NCBI GenBank assembly: GCA_963823555.1
Contig: CAWGMA010000001.1
Span: 1,984,001 to 2,048,000 of the forward strand
DNA length: 64,000 nucleotides
Origin: Candidatus Eiseniibacteriota bacterium
GTDB lineage: Bacteria > Eisenbacteria > RBG-16-71-46 > CAVPCR01
Reading direction: 5' to 3'
Shown here: positions 53,629 through 63,231 of the stretch, piece after piece
Layout of the letters: the number at the start of each line of letters is the position of its first letter
Numbering within the stretch: the stretch's first letter is position 1
Position numbers and translations under genes: made by a program
The notes under the pieces: model-generated
Database searches by the model: none
Told to the model about the DNA's origin: nothing
Seen by the model: only the letters and a program-made list of their open reading frames with translations

Positions 53629-54641
53629 CCACGGCCCCGTCCAATCACCTCTATCAGACCCCGGAGTGGGCCTCGGTCCGCGCCGCCGATGGGTGGCACA
53701 CGGAGCGCGTCGCCGGCCCGTGGGGTGAGTATCCGGCACTCGTGCGGCCGATTCCCCTCCTCGGACGCGTGCTCATCGAGGTGCCCTATGGGCCACCCGG
53801 GCCCTACGACGACCCTGCGGCGGTGGACGAGCTCCTGTCGAGCCTCGTCATGCATTCCCGCCGCCGGCGCGCGGCGGTGGTGCGCATCCACCCCTACCCG
53901 ATCCCTCACCACCCGGTCCTGCCGGCGGCAGAGCTCACCGCGCGCTTCACCGCGCACGCGTTCGCTCCTGATCCGGACCCTCTCGGCTATGCCCACACCT
54001 ATATGATCGATCTCACAGCCAGCGAGGAGATGCTCTGGGAGAGAATGGAAGGGCGCGCCCGCACCGCTGTCCGCAAGTCGGAGCGGACCGATCTTGTCTT
54101 CTCGCCGAGCGAGGACCATGACCGCTTCGCCGAGCTCTACTTCGCGATGGCGGCCCGCACCGGGCTCGTGCCCGAACCAGCCGACTTCTTTGCCCGCATG
54201 AAAGCGATCGCGGCTCCGGCCGGCGTGGTGAAGCTCGTCGCCTTGTCCCGGCCACATGTTTCCGCCGAAACACCGGACTCCGGAGTCCACGATGTGCTGG
54301 CCGCGGCGCTCCTCTCCACGGTGGGTGACGTCGTCGTCTACCTCTGGGGCGCGTCGGCACCGGACGCGGGCGCGGTGTGCGCCAACGAGCGGCTGCAGTG
54401 GGAAGCCATCCGCTGGGCCCGCGCCGCTGGCTATCGCACGTACGATCTGGGCGGGGCCACGGCCGATGCTCCGGCGGGATCCAAGAAGGCCGGGATCGCC
54501 CGCTTCAAGCGGCAATTCGGCGGAGAGCTCGTACCGCTCCCGGGCACTCACGCTCGAGTCCTCGATCCCTGGGCGACCCGCGCTGCGCGCGCCATGCGCC
54601 GGATCCGCGCCCGTCTTCGAAACGGCCCTCCTCAACGCTAG
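53625..54641 (+). CDS. FemAB/FemX-like GNAT acyltransferase
   Basis: YQTPEW, PYGP, HTYMIDL, RTAVRKS, YLWGAS, YDLGG, FKRQFGG. Confidence 0.85.
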   Translation: MTTAPSNHLYQTPEWASVRAADGWHTERVAGPWGEYPALVRPIPLLGRVLIEVPYGPPGPYDDPAAVDELLSSLVMHSRRRRAAVVRIHPYPIPHHPVLPAAELTARFTAHAFAPDPDPLGYAHTYMIDLTASEEMLWERMEGRARTAVRKSERTDLVFSPSEDHDRFAELYFAMAARTGLVPEPADFFARMKAIAAPAGVVKLVALSRPHVSAETPDSGVHDVLAAALLSTVGDVVVYLWGASAPDAGAVCANERLQWEAIRWARAAGYRTYDLGGATADAPAGSKKAGIARFKRQFGGELVPLPGTHARVLDPWATRAARAMRRIRARLRNGPPQR

Positions 54642-54740
54642 CCACATCGACAGCGGACGCGGCCGGCGTTACATTGAAGGCCGGCCGATCGCTCCTCCGA
54701 TCGTGCCGGGGGAATCCAGCGAGAAGGGAGGAATGGTTCC

Positions 54741-55439
54741 ATGTCAAGAGTGGCCATAGCCTTAATGCTGTTCCATTTGTCAGCGGCGGCACTTGCTCTG
54801 GCCAGCGTCGAGATCGCCCACTACCCGTTGCTGACGGATGGCATCGATACGACCGGCAACAACGATCCGATGACGCTCGAGAATGCTCCTTTCCAGGATG
54901 GCGGCGTCTACTGCAACGGGGTCTACTGGCTATCGGGGCTTCCCGACAGCTATCTCGTCGAGACCCCCCGGCTGCCCGCCCTCGACTTCGAGTCGCTCGC
55001 CATCTCGGCCGAGTTCAAGATCTCACGGTATCCTTCATTCACGCTGCCTGTGATCGTCGGTGGTCGCAATGGCCGCTGGCTGGGGGCGGAGGTCGCTCCG
55101 GACGGGACCCTCGGCATGCTGTACAACAATGACAACCGGGTGCCGGGAAGCCAGATCGTATCCCTGGATGAGTGGCATCGCGCGCTCATCACCTACGATG
55201 GCGCTACCGATGAGGCTCGCCTCTATCTCGACGACCAGCTGAGTTGCGCGGCAACGTTCGTGATCGAGGCCTTCAATGCGAACAGAATCACCACCGAGAA
55301 CTTCGCAAACGGCACGGCGTTCCTGGGCCTGGTCCGCCAGCTGATCATCTATGATGCGCCGTTCGTTCCGGCTCCCGTGGAGACCGCCACCTGGGGGCTG
55401 GTGAAAGCGCTGTTTCACCCCAGCACCCCTGGAACCTGA
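54741..55439 (+). CDS. Secreted LamG/ConA-like protein with C-terminal TWGxxK motif
   Basis: Signal peptide; EWHRALITYDG...RLYLD; PVETATWGLVKALF. Confidence 0.8.
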   Translation: MSRVAIALMLFHLSAAALALASVEIAHYPLLTDGIDTTGNNDPMTLENAPFQDGGVYCNGVYWLSGLPDSYLVETPRLPALDFESLAISAEFKISRYPSFTLPVIVGGRNGRWLGAEVAPDGTLGMLYNNDNRVPGSQIVSLDEWHRALITYDGATDEARLYLDDQLSCAATFVIEAFNANRITTENFANGTAFLGLVRQLIIYDAPFVPAPVETATWGLVKALFHPSTPGT

Positions 55440-55609
55440 GACTGACTCAGAATGGTGACGGCTCCGGGGCCACCCGCGGCCTGCAGGCTGCTCGGAATCG
55501 AGGAGCTCCGCTTCCGGGCGGCCGATAACTCCATGATGACCAAGGTACGGGCACGATCGGGGGGGCGGGGAATGACCGCCCCTGTAGGCCATCTGGCCGG
55601 AGCTGCAAA

Positions 55610-56776
55610 TTGAAGAAGCGCCAGCTGGTCGTCGTGGGCACCGTCGCCAGCGACCCCTATGCCGGCATGGCCTGGATGCACATGCAGATCGCGGCCGGGC
55701 TCCTCCGTCTGGGTCATGACGTGCACTACCTGGAGACGACCTCCTCCTGGCCCTACGACCCGACCCAGGAAGCGTGTGTCTGCAATTCCGACTACGCCGT
55801 GCCCTATCTGGCCCGGGTGGCCGAGAGCTTCGGCCTCGGCGAGCGCTGGGCCTATCGACGCAGCTACTCGGACAAGGCATGGTTCGGTCCCAGCCGGGAC
55901 CGGGCGCTCGACCTCCTCGCCCACGCGGACGCGGTGCTGAACGTGGCGAGCGCCACGCGGCTCGCGGAGGAGGGCTTGAAGGTCGGCCGGCTCGTGGGCT
56001 ACGGCACGGACCCGGGATACCAGGAGATCGCCTTTGCCAGCGGTCAGGAAGACATCGTCACGCTGGTCGAGGAGCACGATGAGTTCGTGACCTACGGCGA
56101 GAACATCGGCAACCCGGACTGCCCGGTCCCACCGCTACCGGGATTGCGCTCCCGGACCCGGCAACCGGTGCTCCTCGATCTGTGGCCGGACGGCACTCCA
56201 CGGCGTGATGTCTTCACGACGGTGTGCAACTGGAAACAGACGGGCAAGGACATCGCCTTCCGGAAAGAGGTCTATACCTGGAGCAAGCACCACGAGTTTC
56301 TCAAGTTCCTCGCGCTCCCGGGACGCGTCGCACCCCCGGTGGAGCTGGCCATGGGTCTGGCCCAGGTCGGCGCCGAGGATCGCCAGCTCCTCGAGTCCAA
56401 CGGCTGGCACCTCGTCGACGCTCCTCCTTTCACCACCGATCCCTGGAGCTACCGCGATTACGTGCTCGCCTCCCGGGGCGAATTCACCGTGGCCAAGGAT
56501 CTGAACGTGCGCCTCAAGACCGGTTGGTTCAGTGAGCGCAGCGCCGTCTATCTCGGCGCCGGCCGTCCCGTCATCACGCAAGACACCGGGTTCGGCAAGT
56601 TCATTCCCACCGGAGAGGGTCTCTTCGCCTTCAACACGATGGAGGATATTCTCAGCGCATTCGACGCCATCGAAGGCGATTACGAGCGTCATAGCCGGGC
56701 GGCGCGTGCCCTCGCCGAGGAGTACTTCCGGGCGGAGACCGTGCTCGCCAAGGTTCTCGCCGATCTGGGACTGTGA
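55610..56776 (+). CDS. GT-B-like glycosyltransferase, paralog 1
   Basis: GL.RLGHDVHYLE, FTTVCNW, GWFSERSAVYLGAGRPVITQDTGF. Confidence 0.75.
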   Translation: MKKRQLVVVGTVASDPYAGMAWMHMQIAAGLLRLGHDVHYLETTSSWPYDPTQEACVCNSDYAVPYLARVAESFGLGERWAYRRSYSDKAWFGPSRDRALDLLAHADAVLNVASATRLAEEGLKVGRLVGYGTDPGYQEIAFASGQEDIVTLVEEHDEFVTYGENIGNPDCPVPPLPGLRSRTRQPVLLDLWPDGTPRRDVFTTVCNWKQTGKDIAFRKEVYTWSKHHEFLKFLALPGRVAPPVELAMGLAQVGAEDRQLLESNGWHLVDAPPFTTDPWSYRDYVLASRGEFTVAKDLNVRLKTGWFSERSAVYLGAGRPVITQDTGFGKFIPTGEGLFAFNTMEDILSAFDAIEGDYERHSRAARALAEEYFRAETVLAKVLADLGL

Positions 56777-57498
56777 TCATGGCGGCACCCATCCAGCTCA
56801 TCATCAACGCCGACGACTTCGGGCTCGATCAAGGCGTGAATCATGGTGTCGCTCACGCCTTCGAGCATGGGATCGTCACCAGTGCGAGCATGATGGTGCG
56901 CGGGAGCGCCGCCGCTGCGGCGGCCGATTACTCACACGCGCATCCCGAGCTCGGCCTTGGACTGCATGTCGACCTCGGAGAGTGGTTCTTTGACAGCGGC
57001 ACCTGGGTGCCACGCTATGAGGTGGTTCCGCTCGACAGGCCCGCGGCCGTCGAGCGGGAGGTGGGCGAACAGCTCTCCCGCTTCCGAGAGCTTCTGGGAG
57101 TGGAGCCGACACATCTCGACTCCCACCAGCACGTCCATCAGCGCGAACCGGCCGCCTCCGTGCTCCGTGCCTGCGCGCTCGCTCTCGGCATTCCCCTCCG
57201 CCACGGCGGCGAGGTGCACTACTGCGGCGACTTCTACGGCCAGACCACCGCGGGCGATCCGCTTCCGGAAGCCATCACCGTGGATGCCTTGATCCGGATC
57301 CTCGCCCGGCTCCCCGCCGGCTGGACCGAGCTCTGCTGCCATCCCGGCGACGGGAGCCACGAGGAAACGAGCTACGGGACCGAGCGCGCCCTCGAGGTCG
57401 CGTCCCTGTGCGACCCGCGGGTACGCGAGGCCATCGTCAAGCGTGACATCGAGCTCTGCACCTTCAAGCAGCTCAAGAAACCGGGCAGGCTCGCATGA
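56773..57498 (+). CDS. ChbG/HpnK/YdjC-family carbohydrate deacetylase
   Basis: NADDFG, TSASMM, GLHVDL, HLDSHQHVH, ELCCHPG. Confidence 0.92.
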   Translation: MIMAAPIQLIINADDFGLDQGVNHGVAHAFEHGIVTSASMMVRGSAAAAAADYSHAHPELGLGLHVDLGEWFFDSGTWVPRYEVVPLDRPAAVEREVGEQLSRFRELLGVEPTHLDSHQHVHQREPAASVLRACALALGIPLRHGGEVHYCGDFYGQTTAGDPLPEAITVDALIRILARLPAGWTELCCHPGDGSHEETSYGTERALEVASLCDPRVREAIVKRDIELCTFKQLKKPGRLA

Positions 57499-58391
57499 GG
57501 ATCCTCGTCGCCGGCTGGTTCAGCTTCGAGAACATGGGAGCCACCGCCGGGGATCTCATCTGCCGCGACCTGGCCTGCGCGTGGATCGAGCAAGCGGGGT
57601 ACGACCATGACGTTGCCCTCGCGCCGCCCTTTGCCGGCGGCGTCGACTGGCGCGAGGTCGACCCGGAAGCCTATGGAGCCGTCCTCTTCGTGTGCGGACC
57701 CTTCGGCAACGGATGGCCGATCACGGACTTCCTCGCGCGCTTCGCGGGCCGCCGGCTCGCCGGCCTGAGCCTGACCATGCTCGAATCGCTGGAGAGCTGG
57801 AACCCGTTCGATCTGCTCATGGAGCGCGACAGCTCGCGGATCGCCCGCCCGGACATCTCGTTCCTCGGTCGGGCATCACGAGTCCCGATGGTCGGCCTCG
57901 TACTCATCGACTCGCAGCCGGAATACGGCGACAAGGACGGTCGCCGGCCCGCTGACGAGGCCATCCGCCGTCTCGTCCAGTCACGACCGATGGCCGTGGT
58001 CGAGATCGACACCCGCCTCGACCAGAACCGAGGTGGACTGCGTACCGCCGCCGAGATCGAGTCCCTCATCGCCCGCATGGATGCCGTGATCACGACCCGG
58101 ATGCACGGCATGGTCCTCGCTCTCAAGAACGGCGTTCCGGCGGTCGTCATCGACTCGGTAGCAGACGGGGCCAAGATCACACGCCAGGCGGAGGCCATCG
58201 GCTGGCCCCATGTCTTCGCGGTGGATGACCTCCGCGATGAAGCGCTCGCCGCGAGCTTCGCCGCCTGCCTGACCGATGAAGCTCGCCGCGAGGCCCGGGA
58301 GTGCGGCGACCGGGCGCGCCGCAAAGCGGCCGTGGCTCGCGACGAGTTCATCGCCGCCTTGAAGCAGCTCGGCGGCAGGGAAGAGACGTAA
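57495..58391 (+). CDS. Polysaccharide pyruvyl transferase-family protein
   Basis: ATAGD, RPDI, VITTRMHGMVLALKNGVPAVVID. Confidence 0.78.
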   Translation: MRILVAGWFSFENMGATAGDLICRDLACAWIEQAGYDHDVALAPPFAGGVDWREVDPEAYGAVLFVCGPFGNGWPITDFLARFAGRRLAGLSLTMLESLESWNPFDLLMERDSSRIARPDISFLGRASRVPMVGLVLIDSQPEYGDKDGRRPADEAIRRLVQSRPMAVVEIDTRLDQNRGGLRTAAEIESLIARMDAVITTRMHGMVLALKNGVPAVVIDSVADGAKITRQAEAIGWPHVFAVDDLRDEALAASFAACLTDEARREARECGDRARRKAAVARDEFIAALKQLGGREET

Positions 58392-58395
58392 GACG

Positions 58396-59541
58396 ATGGC
58401 GCGAATCGTGCTCGGGTCCTACATGGTCCGTTATCCGCTCGGCGGCATGATGTCGTGGGTGCTGCAATACCTGGTGGGCTTCCAGCGCCTGGGGCACGAC
58501 ATCGTCTTCGTGGAGAAGAGCGGATACGCGAACTCCTGCTACGATCCCGTGCGCGATGTGATGAGCGACGATCCCACCCGGGGCATCGAGATCCTGACGC
58601 AGCTCCTCTCCCGCTTCGGGCTCGAGGCTCGATGGTGCTTCGTGGACGCCGCCGGCCGCTACCACGGCATGAGCGAGAGCCGGATCCAGAGCGTCTTCGA
58701 TTCGGCGGCTCTCTTCTGCGACATGGGCACGCATGGCAACTGGCTCCCGGAGGCGGCGCGCACGGGACTCCGCGTCCTCATCGACGGCGAACCGGGATTC
58801 ACGCAGATGAAGATGCAGAACCGGATCGATGCCGGCGAGGCGCTCCCCGAGTACGACCTCTATTACACGACTGGGCAGAACATCGGAACAGAGCACAGCA
58901 CGGCGCCCGCGGCCGGCAGGGAATGGCGCCGCATCTATCACCCGGTCGTCATGGACCTCTTCCCGCCACGACCACCCGCGCCCGAGGCCCGGTTCACGAC
59001 CGTCATGAACTGGCAGTCCTACGAGCCGGTCTGGTTCAATGGCATCGAGTACGGCCACAAGGACGTCGAGTTCCGCCGGTTCATCGACCTTCCGGCACGA
59101 ACCTCTGAGCCGCTCGAGGTGGCGGTATCCGGAAAGCGCATCCCCCGAGCCGAGCTCGAAGGGCTCGGCTGGCGGATCCGGGACGCCCACGAGGTCACCG
59201 CTTCCTTCGCTGCCTTCGCCGGCTATACCGGTGACTCGAAGGGCGAGTTCAGCGTCTGCAAGAGCGGGTACGTGGTCACCCACACGGGCTGGTTCAGCGA
59301 TCGGAGCGCCGCCTATCTCGCCGGCGCGCGTCCCGTCGTGATGCAGGACACCGGCTTCAGCGCCCATCTCCCGTGCGGCGAGGGTCTGTTCGCCGCGCGC
59401 ACGGTGGCGGAGGCCGCCGCCGCGCTGGACACGATCGGCGCCGACTACGAGCGGCACAGCCGCCGGGCGCGCGAGATCGCCGGCGATCACCTGGACGCCA
59501 GCAAGGTCCTCGGGAATCTTCTCCATGAGCTCGGTGTCTAG
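58396..59541 (+). CDS. GT-B-like glycosyltransferase, paralog 2
   Basis: PLGGM..W.LQY..G..RLGHD, FTTVMNW, GWFSDRSAAYLA..RPVVMQDTGF. Confidence 0.75.
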   Translation: MARIVLGSYMVRYPLGGMMSWVLQYLVGFQRLGHDIVFVEKSGYANSCYDPVRDVMSDDPTRGIEILTQLLSRFGLEARWCFVDAAGRYHGMSESRIQSVFDSAALFCDMGTHGNWLPEAARTGLRVLIDGEPGFTQMKMQNRIDAGEALPEYDLYYTTGQNIGTEHSTAPAAGREWRRIYHPVVMDLFPPRPPAPEARFTTVMNWQSYEPVWFNGIEYGHKDVEFRRFIDLPARTSEPLEVAVSGKRIPRAELEGLGWRIRDAHEVTASFAAFAGYTGDSKGEFSVCKSGYVVTHTGWFSDRSAAYLAGARPVVMQDTGFSAHLPCGEGLFAARTVAEAAAALDTIGADYERHSRRAREIAGDHLDASKVLGNLLHELGV

Positions 59542-60724
59542 GCCGCACACGCAGCGCGTGCGCATCGTGGTCCTCGGCTACATCGTGCGCTGTCCTCTGG
59601 GCGGGATGGCGTGGCACTATCTCCAGTATGTCCTGGGTCTCGCTGCTCTCGGGCATGACGTGTTCTTCATCGAGGACTCGGACGACTTTCCCTCCTGCTA
59701 CGACCCGGTCCGGCACGTGACGGACCATGACGCCACTTACGGCCTCGAGTTCACCCGCCGCACCTTCGACCGCGTGGGACTGGGAGATCGCTGGGCGTAC
59801 CACGATGCGCCACGCGCCAAGTGGGCAGGACCCGGCGCCGGACATGCGGTCGATGTGTGCCGGAGCGCCGACATCGTCCTCAACATCTCCGGAGCGAATC
59901 CGCTCCGGTCATGGCTCGAGGCCACGCCCATCCGGATCTTCATCGACACCGATCCGGTCTTCGAACAGATCCGGCAGCTCACCGTTCCGGAGCGACGGGC
60001 GCGGGCCCTCATGCACAATGCCTTCTTCTCCTTCGGGGAGAACATCACGCGCGAGGACACGGCCATTCCCAGAGACGGGCTCCCCTGGAACACCACCCGG
60101 CAGCCGATGGTGCTCGACGCGTGGCCCGTCACACCCGGGCCCGGCGCCGGCAAGTTCACGACCGTCATGCAATGGGAAAGCTATCCAGGGCGGGAGTACG
60201 CTGGGGTGCGCTACGGCCTGAAGGCGATGTCCTTCGAGCCCTTCGTGGACTTGCCCGGAAGAGTCGGCCCGCTTCTCGAACTGGCCCTCGGCACGCCGTC
60301 GGCGCCACGGGAAATGCTGCGCGCCAAGGGCTGGAGCCTCAGGGACCCGCTCGAGGTGACGCGTGACCCATGGACCTACCAGGACTTCATCCAGGGGTCC
60401 AAGGCCGAGTTCGCCATCGCCAAGCACGGCTATGTCGCCGCTCGGAGCGGCTGGTTCAGCGAGCGGAGCGCCGCCTATCTCGCCAGCGGCCGGCCGGTCC
60501 TGGCCCAGGACACCGGCTTCTCCACCTGGCTCGGATCGCGAGACGGCGTCGTCCCCTTCTCCACCCTGGAGGAAGCAGCAGACGGGATCGTGGATATCAA
60601 CAGCCGTTATATCGCCCACTGCCGGGGCGCGAGGGAGATCGCCCGCGCGTTCTTCGACTCGGCGCCGGTGCTCACGCGGCTGATCGAGCGCGCAGGATCC
60701 ATCAGTCCCGATCGCTGGCCTTGA
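59534..60724 (+). CDS. GT-B-like glycosyltransferase, paralog 3
   Basis: PLGGMAWHYLQY..GL..LGHD, FTTVMQW, GWFSERSAAYLASGRPVLAQDTGF; start 59534 or 59558. Confidence 0.75.
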   Translation: MSRPHTQRVRIVVLGYIVRCPLGGMAWHYLQYVLGLAALGHDVFFIEDSDDFPSCYDPVRHVTDHDATYGLEFTRRTFDRVGLGDRWAYHDAPRAKWAGPGAGHAVDVCRSADIVLNISGANPLRSWLEATPIRIFIDTDPVFEQIRQLTVPERRARALMHNAFFSFGENITREDTAIPRDGLPWNTTRQPMVLDAWPVTPGPGAGKFTTVMQWESYPGREYAGVRYGLKAMSFEPFVDLPGRVGPLLELALGTPSAPREMLRAKGWSLRDPLEVTRDPWTYQDFIQGSKAEFAIAKHGYVAARSGWFSERSAAYLASGRPVLAQDTGFSTWLGSRDGVVPFSTLEEAADGIVDINSRYIAHCRGAREIARAFFDSAPVLTRLIERAGSISPDRWP

Positions 60725-60870
60725 TCTCCCCCCAGGTCGTAGCAGCCACCGGGAAGGCGGCCGCTGGGCTGTAACCCGGGCCGCCGACGGCGACCTGCCC
60801 CAGCTGCGGGATCGGGATCGGGTACTCCTGGTGCCAGCTCGGGTAGCACGCGGCGCGATCGTCAATGCAG
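60702..60870 (-). pseudogene. Possible 3' remnant of a gene for a secreted TWGxxK-motif protein
   Basis: ...GPGYSPAAAFPVAATTWGEIKA; no start codon or signal peptide before the glutaminase stop. Confidence 0.45.
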
Positions 60871-60955
60871 ACCGGGCTCCCCGGCGGATGACCGCCCGAG
60901 AGCCCGGCCCGAGGATCCCACCGCTCCGCCGACAGGCGGAGCGCCTTCCTTTGCC

Positions 60956-61985
60956 CTAGCGCGGAGTCACGGCATAGGGATTGCCGCCGAGCGCGTTCGA
61001 GATGTCGGTGATCGCCTTCTGCGCGCGCACGCTGTTTCCTGCCGCGTCGAGCGGCGGCGAGATCACGGCGATCCCGAACTTCCCGGGAGAGACGGCGATG
61101 ATGCCACCGCCGACCCCGCTCTTGCCCGGGAGCCCGGTCCTGTAGAGCCACTGACCCGAATCATCGTAGAGCCCCGCCGTAGCCATGACCGCCAGCACCT
61201 TCGGCACGTACTGGGCGTCGAGCGGCTGCTTCCCGGTGACCGGGTTCTTGCCGCCGTTGGCGAGCGTGGCCGCCATGGTGGCGAGATCCTTGGCGTTGAC
61301 ATTAACCGAGCACTGCTCGGTATAGATGTCGCAGGCCTGCTTCGGGTTGTCCTTGATGCGGCCATAGGCGTACATGAGCTCGGCGATGGCCTGGTTCCGC
61401 TGGTTGGTCTCGGATTCGGACTTGAAGACCTCCTCGTTCACCTTGAGCGGACGCCCGGCGAAGTCGCTGTAGTAGGAGAGGATCTTGTTCCAGATCTCGT
61501 CGCGCGACCCACCCTTGACCATGCTGGTCGCGGCGATGGCTCCCGGATTGACCAGCGCGTTCATCTGCTCGCCCTTGTACTGCTCGATGGCCACGATCGA
61601 ATTGAACACCTGTCCGGTGGCATCCACGCCCATGTTGTTGTAGATCGCGTCCGGACCTTGCTCCTCGATCACCTTGGCCATGGTGAACACCTTGGAGATC
61701 GACTGAATCGACACTTCCGAGGCGACATCCCCCGCGGTGTACACCTTGCCGTCCACGGTCACGAGTGCGATGCCGTAGATCTTCGAATCCACCTTGGCGA
61801 GCGCCGGGATGTAGTCGGCGTTCGCGCCTTCCTTCAGAGTCCTTGTACTTGGTAAGGGCCGCCTTGAGGGCGGCATCGATCTCCTCGGGCGTCTGCGCCC
61901 AGGCCGCGGTGGCCGTCAGAACGAGCGCTGCGACCGCCAGGACCATGACCGCGGTCCTCATAGCGAGATTCCTCGAGCCCTTCAT
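60956..61985 (-). CDS. glsA: Glutaminase A with N-terminal signal peptide; +1 indel near 61840
   Basis: ADYIPALAK, IQSISKVF, NALVNPGAI, GLYD.SG, GLPGKSGVGGGI, SPPLD..GNSV; signal peptide in the adjacent frame. Confidence 0.9.
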
Positions 61986-63217
61986 TACATTCCTCCGAGA
62001 GTATGCGAGAAGTTGTACTTGGCCGAGAACTGGATCCGGTAGTCATCCGCGGTCCAGCCGTCGGAGTTGTTCTCGCGGCGGGCCCACTGGAACTCGCCGC
62101 CCATCATCACGTTCTTCGCCGGGTAGTAGAGCAGGTTCCCGAGGGCGTAGTGGCCGCGCACGAAGGCGTCGGCGCCCTGCCCGCTCGAGGTGTCGATGTC
62201 AACCAGCGAGTAGCCGGCGGAGTGCGTCCACTTGTTGTTCCAGTAGTGATCGTAGAAGGCGACCACACCGAGGATAGGTAGTGCCTCGCCGTCGAGCGGC
62301 GTCACCGGATCACCGGTTTCGACAACACCGAGGTCGGCGGGAGCGTCGTTCATGTAGTTCTGGATCCCCTCGCCGTAGACCACCTGGAGGCGGACCGTGT
62401 CGTCGGTATCGGCCGGGGTGTCGATATGGATGTTCGAGCTCACGTTCACGCCCCAGCCGATCTCGTCACCCTCGAGGTCGAACGTGTCGTCCGGGTTGTT
62501 GTCATCCCACTTGATGTAGCGGAAGATCCCCGCCACCTCGACGTAACCCCATGCCGAACGCCCGGTGGTATTCCGCCGACACATCGGGAGCCGGGAAGCG
62601 AGACTGCACCCCAGCCGCCTCGAGACCGGAGCGGAACTCACCCAGATCGCCGCTTGCTCCCGGGCGCTCGACGGCGATCGTCATCCGGGTGTCGCCCTGG
62701 ATCGGCATGTAACGGAACTGCACGTTCCGGAAGAACACCATGCCGTTCGGTCCCCAGTACTCGAGGGAGTTCGGGAACACGTCGATGTCCATGAACGGGC
62801 TCCAGGTCTGGCCGGCGCCGAATTTGCCGAGCTCGCCGTAGGCGTGGCGGAGCCGGAAGGTGGTCTGCCCGGCATCGACACCGACGCCGAAGAGCTCGAA
62901 CTCGAAAGTCGTCTTCAGCTCCCCGAGGTCGGTCGGCAGGTACCCCTTGACGCCCGAGCCGGCTCTGCCGGACCCCGGAGAACCAGCGCCCATCCTGGCC
63001 GATACTCGTTCTCGAAGGCGGGCAGCTTCGTCGGCCGCACGACATCGAACCAATTCGAATCGTTCTGCTTGAACTGGTAACCCATGTCGAGCATGACGTG
63101 CCCGTAGATGTCCATGCGTGGCGACTCGGCGCGGGCGTTCGATACCCCGGCCACCAGCACCAGACCCACAACCAGCCAGCTAATCCTCATGCGATCACCG
63201 GCCATCGGCATCCCCAT
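61985..63217 (-). CDS. DcaP-family outer-membrane porin; three +1 indels
   Basis: WFDVVRPTKLP, VRQSRLG, FEFELFGVG, RLRHAYGE, GQTWSPFMD, YWGPNGM, RIQFSAKYNF, spread across frames. Confidence 0.85.
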
Positions 63218-63231
63218 CTTCCAGTCCTCCT

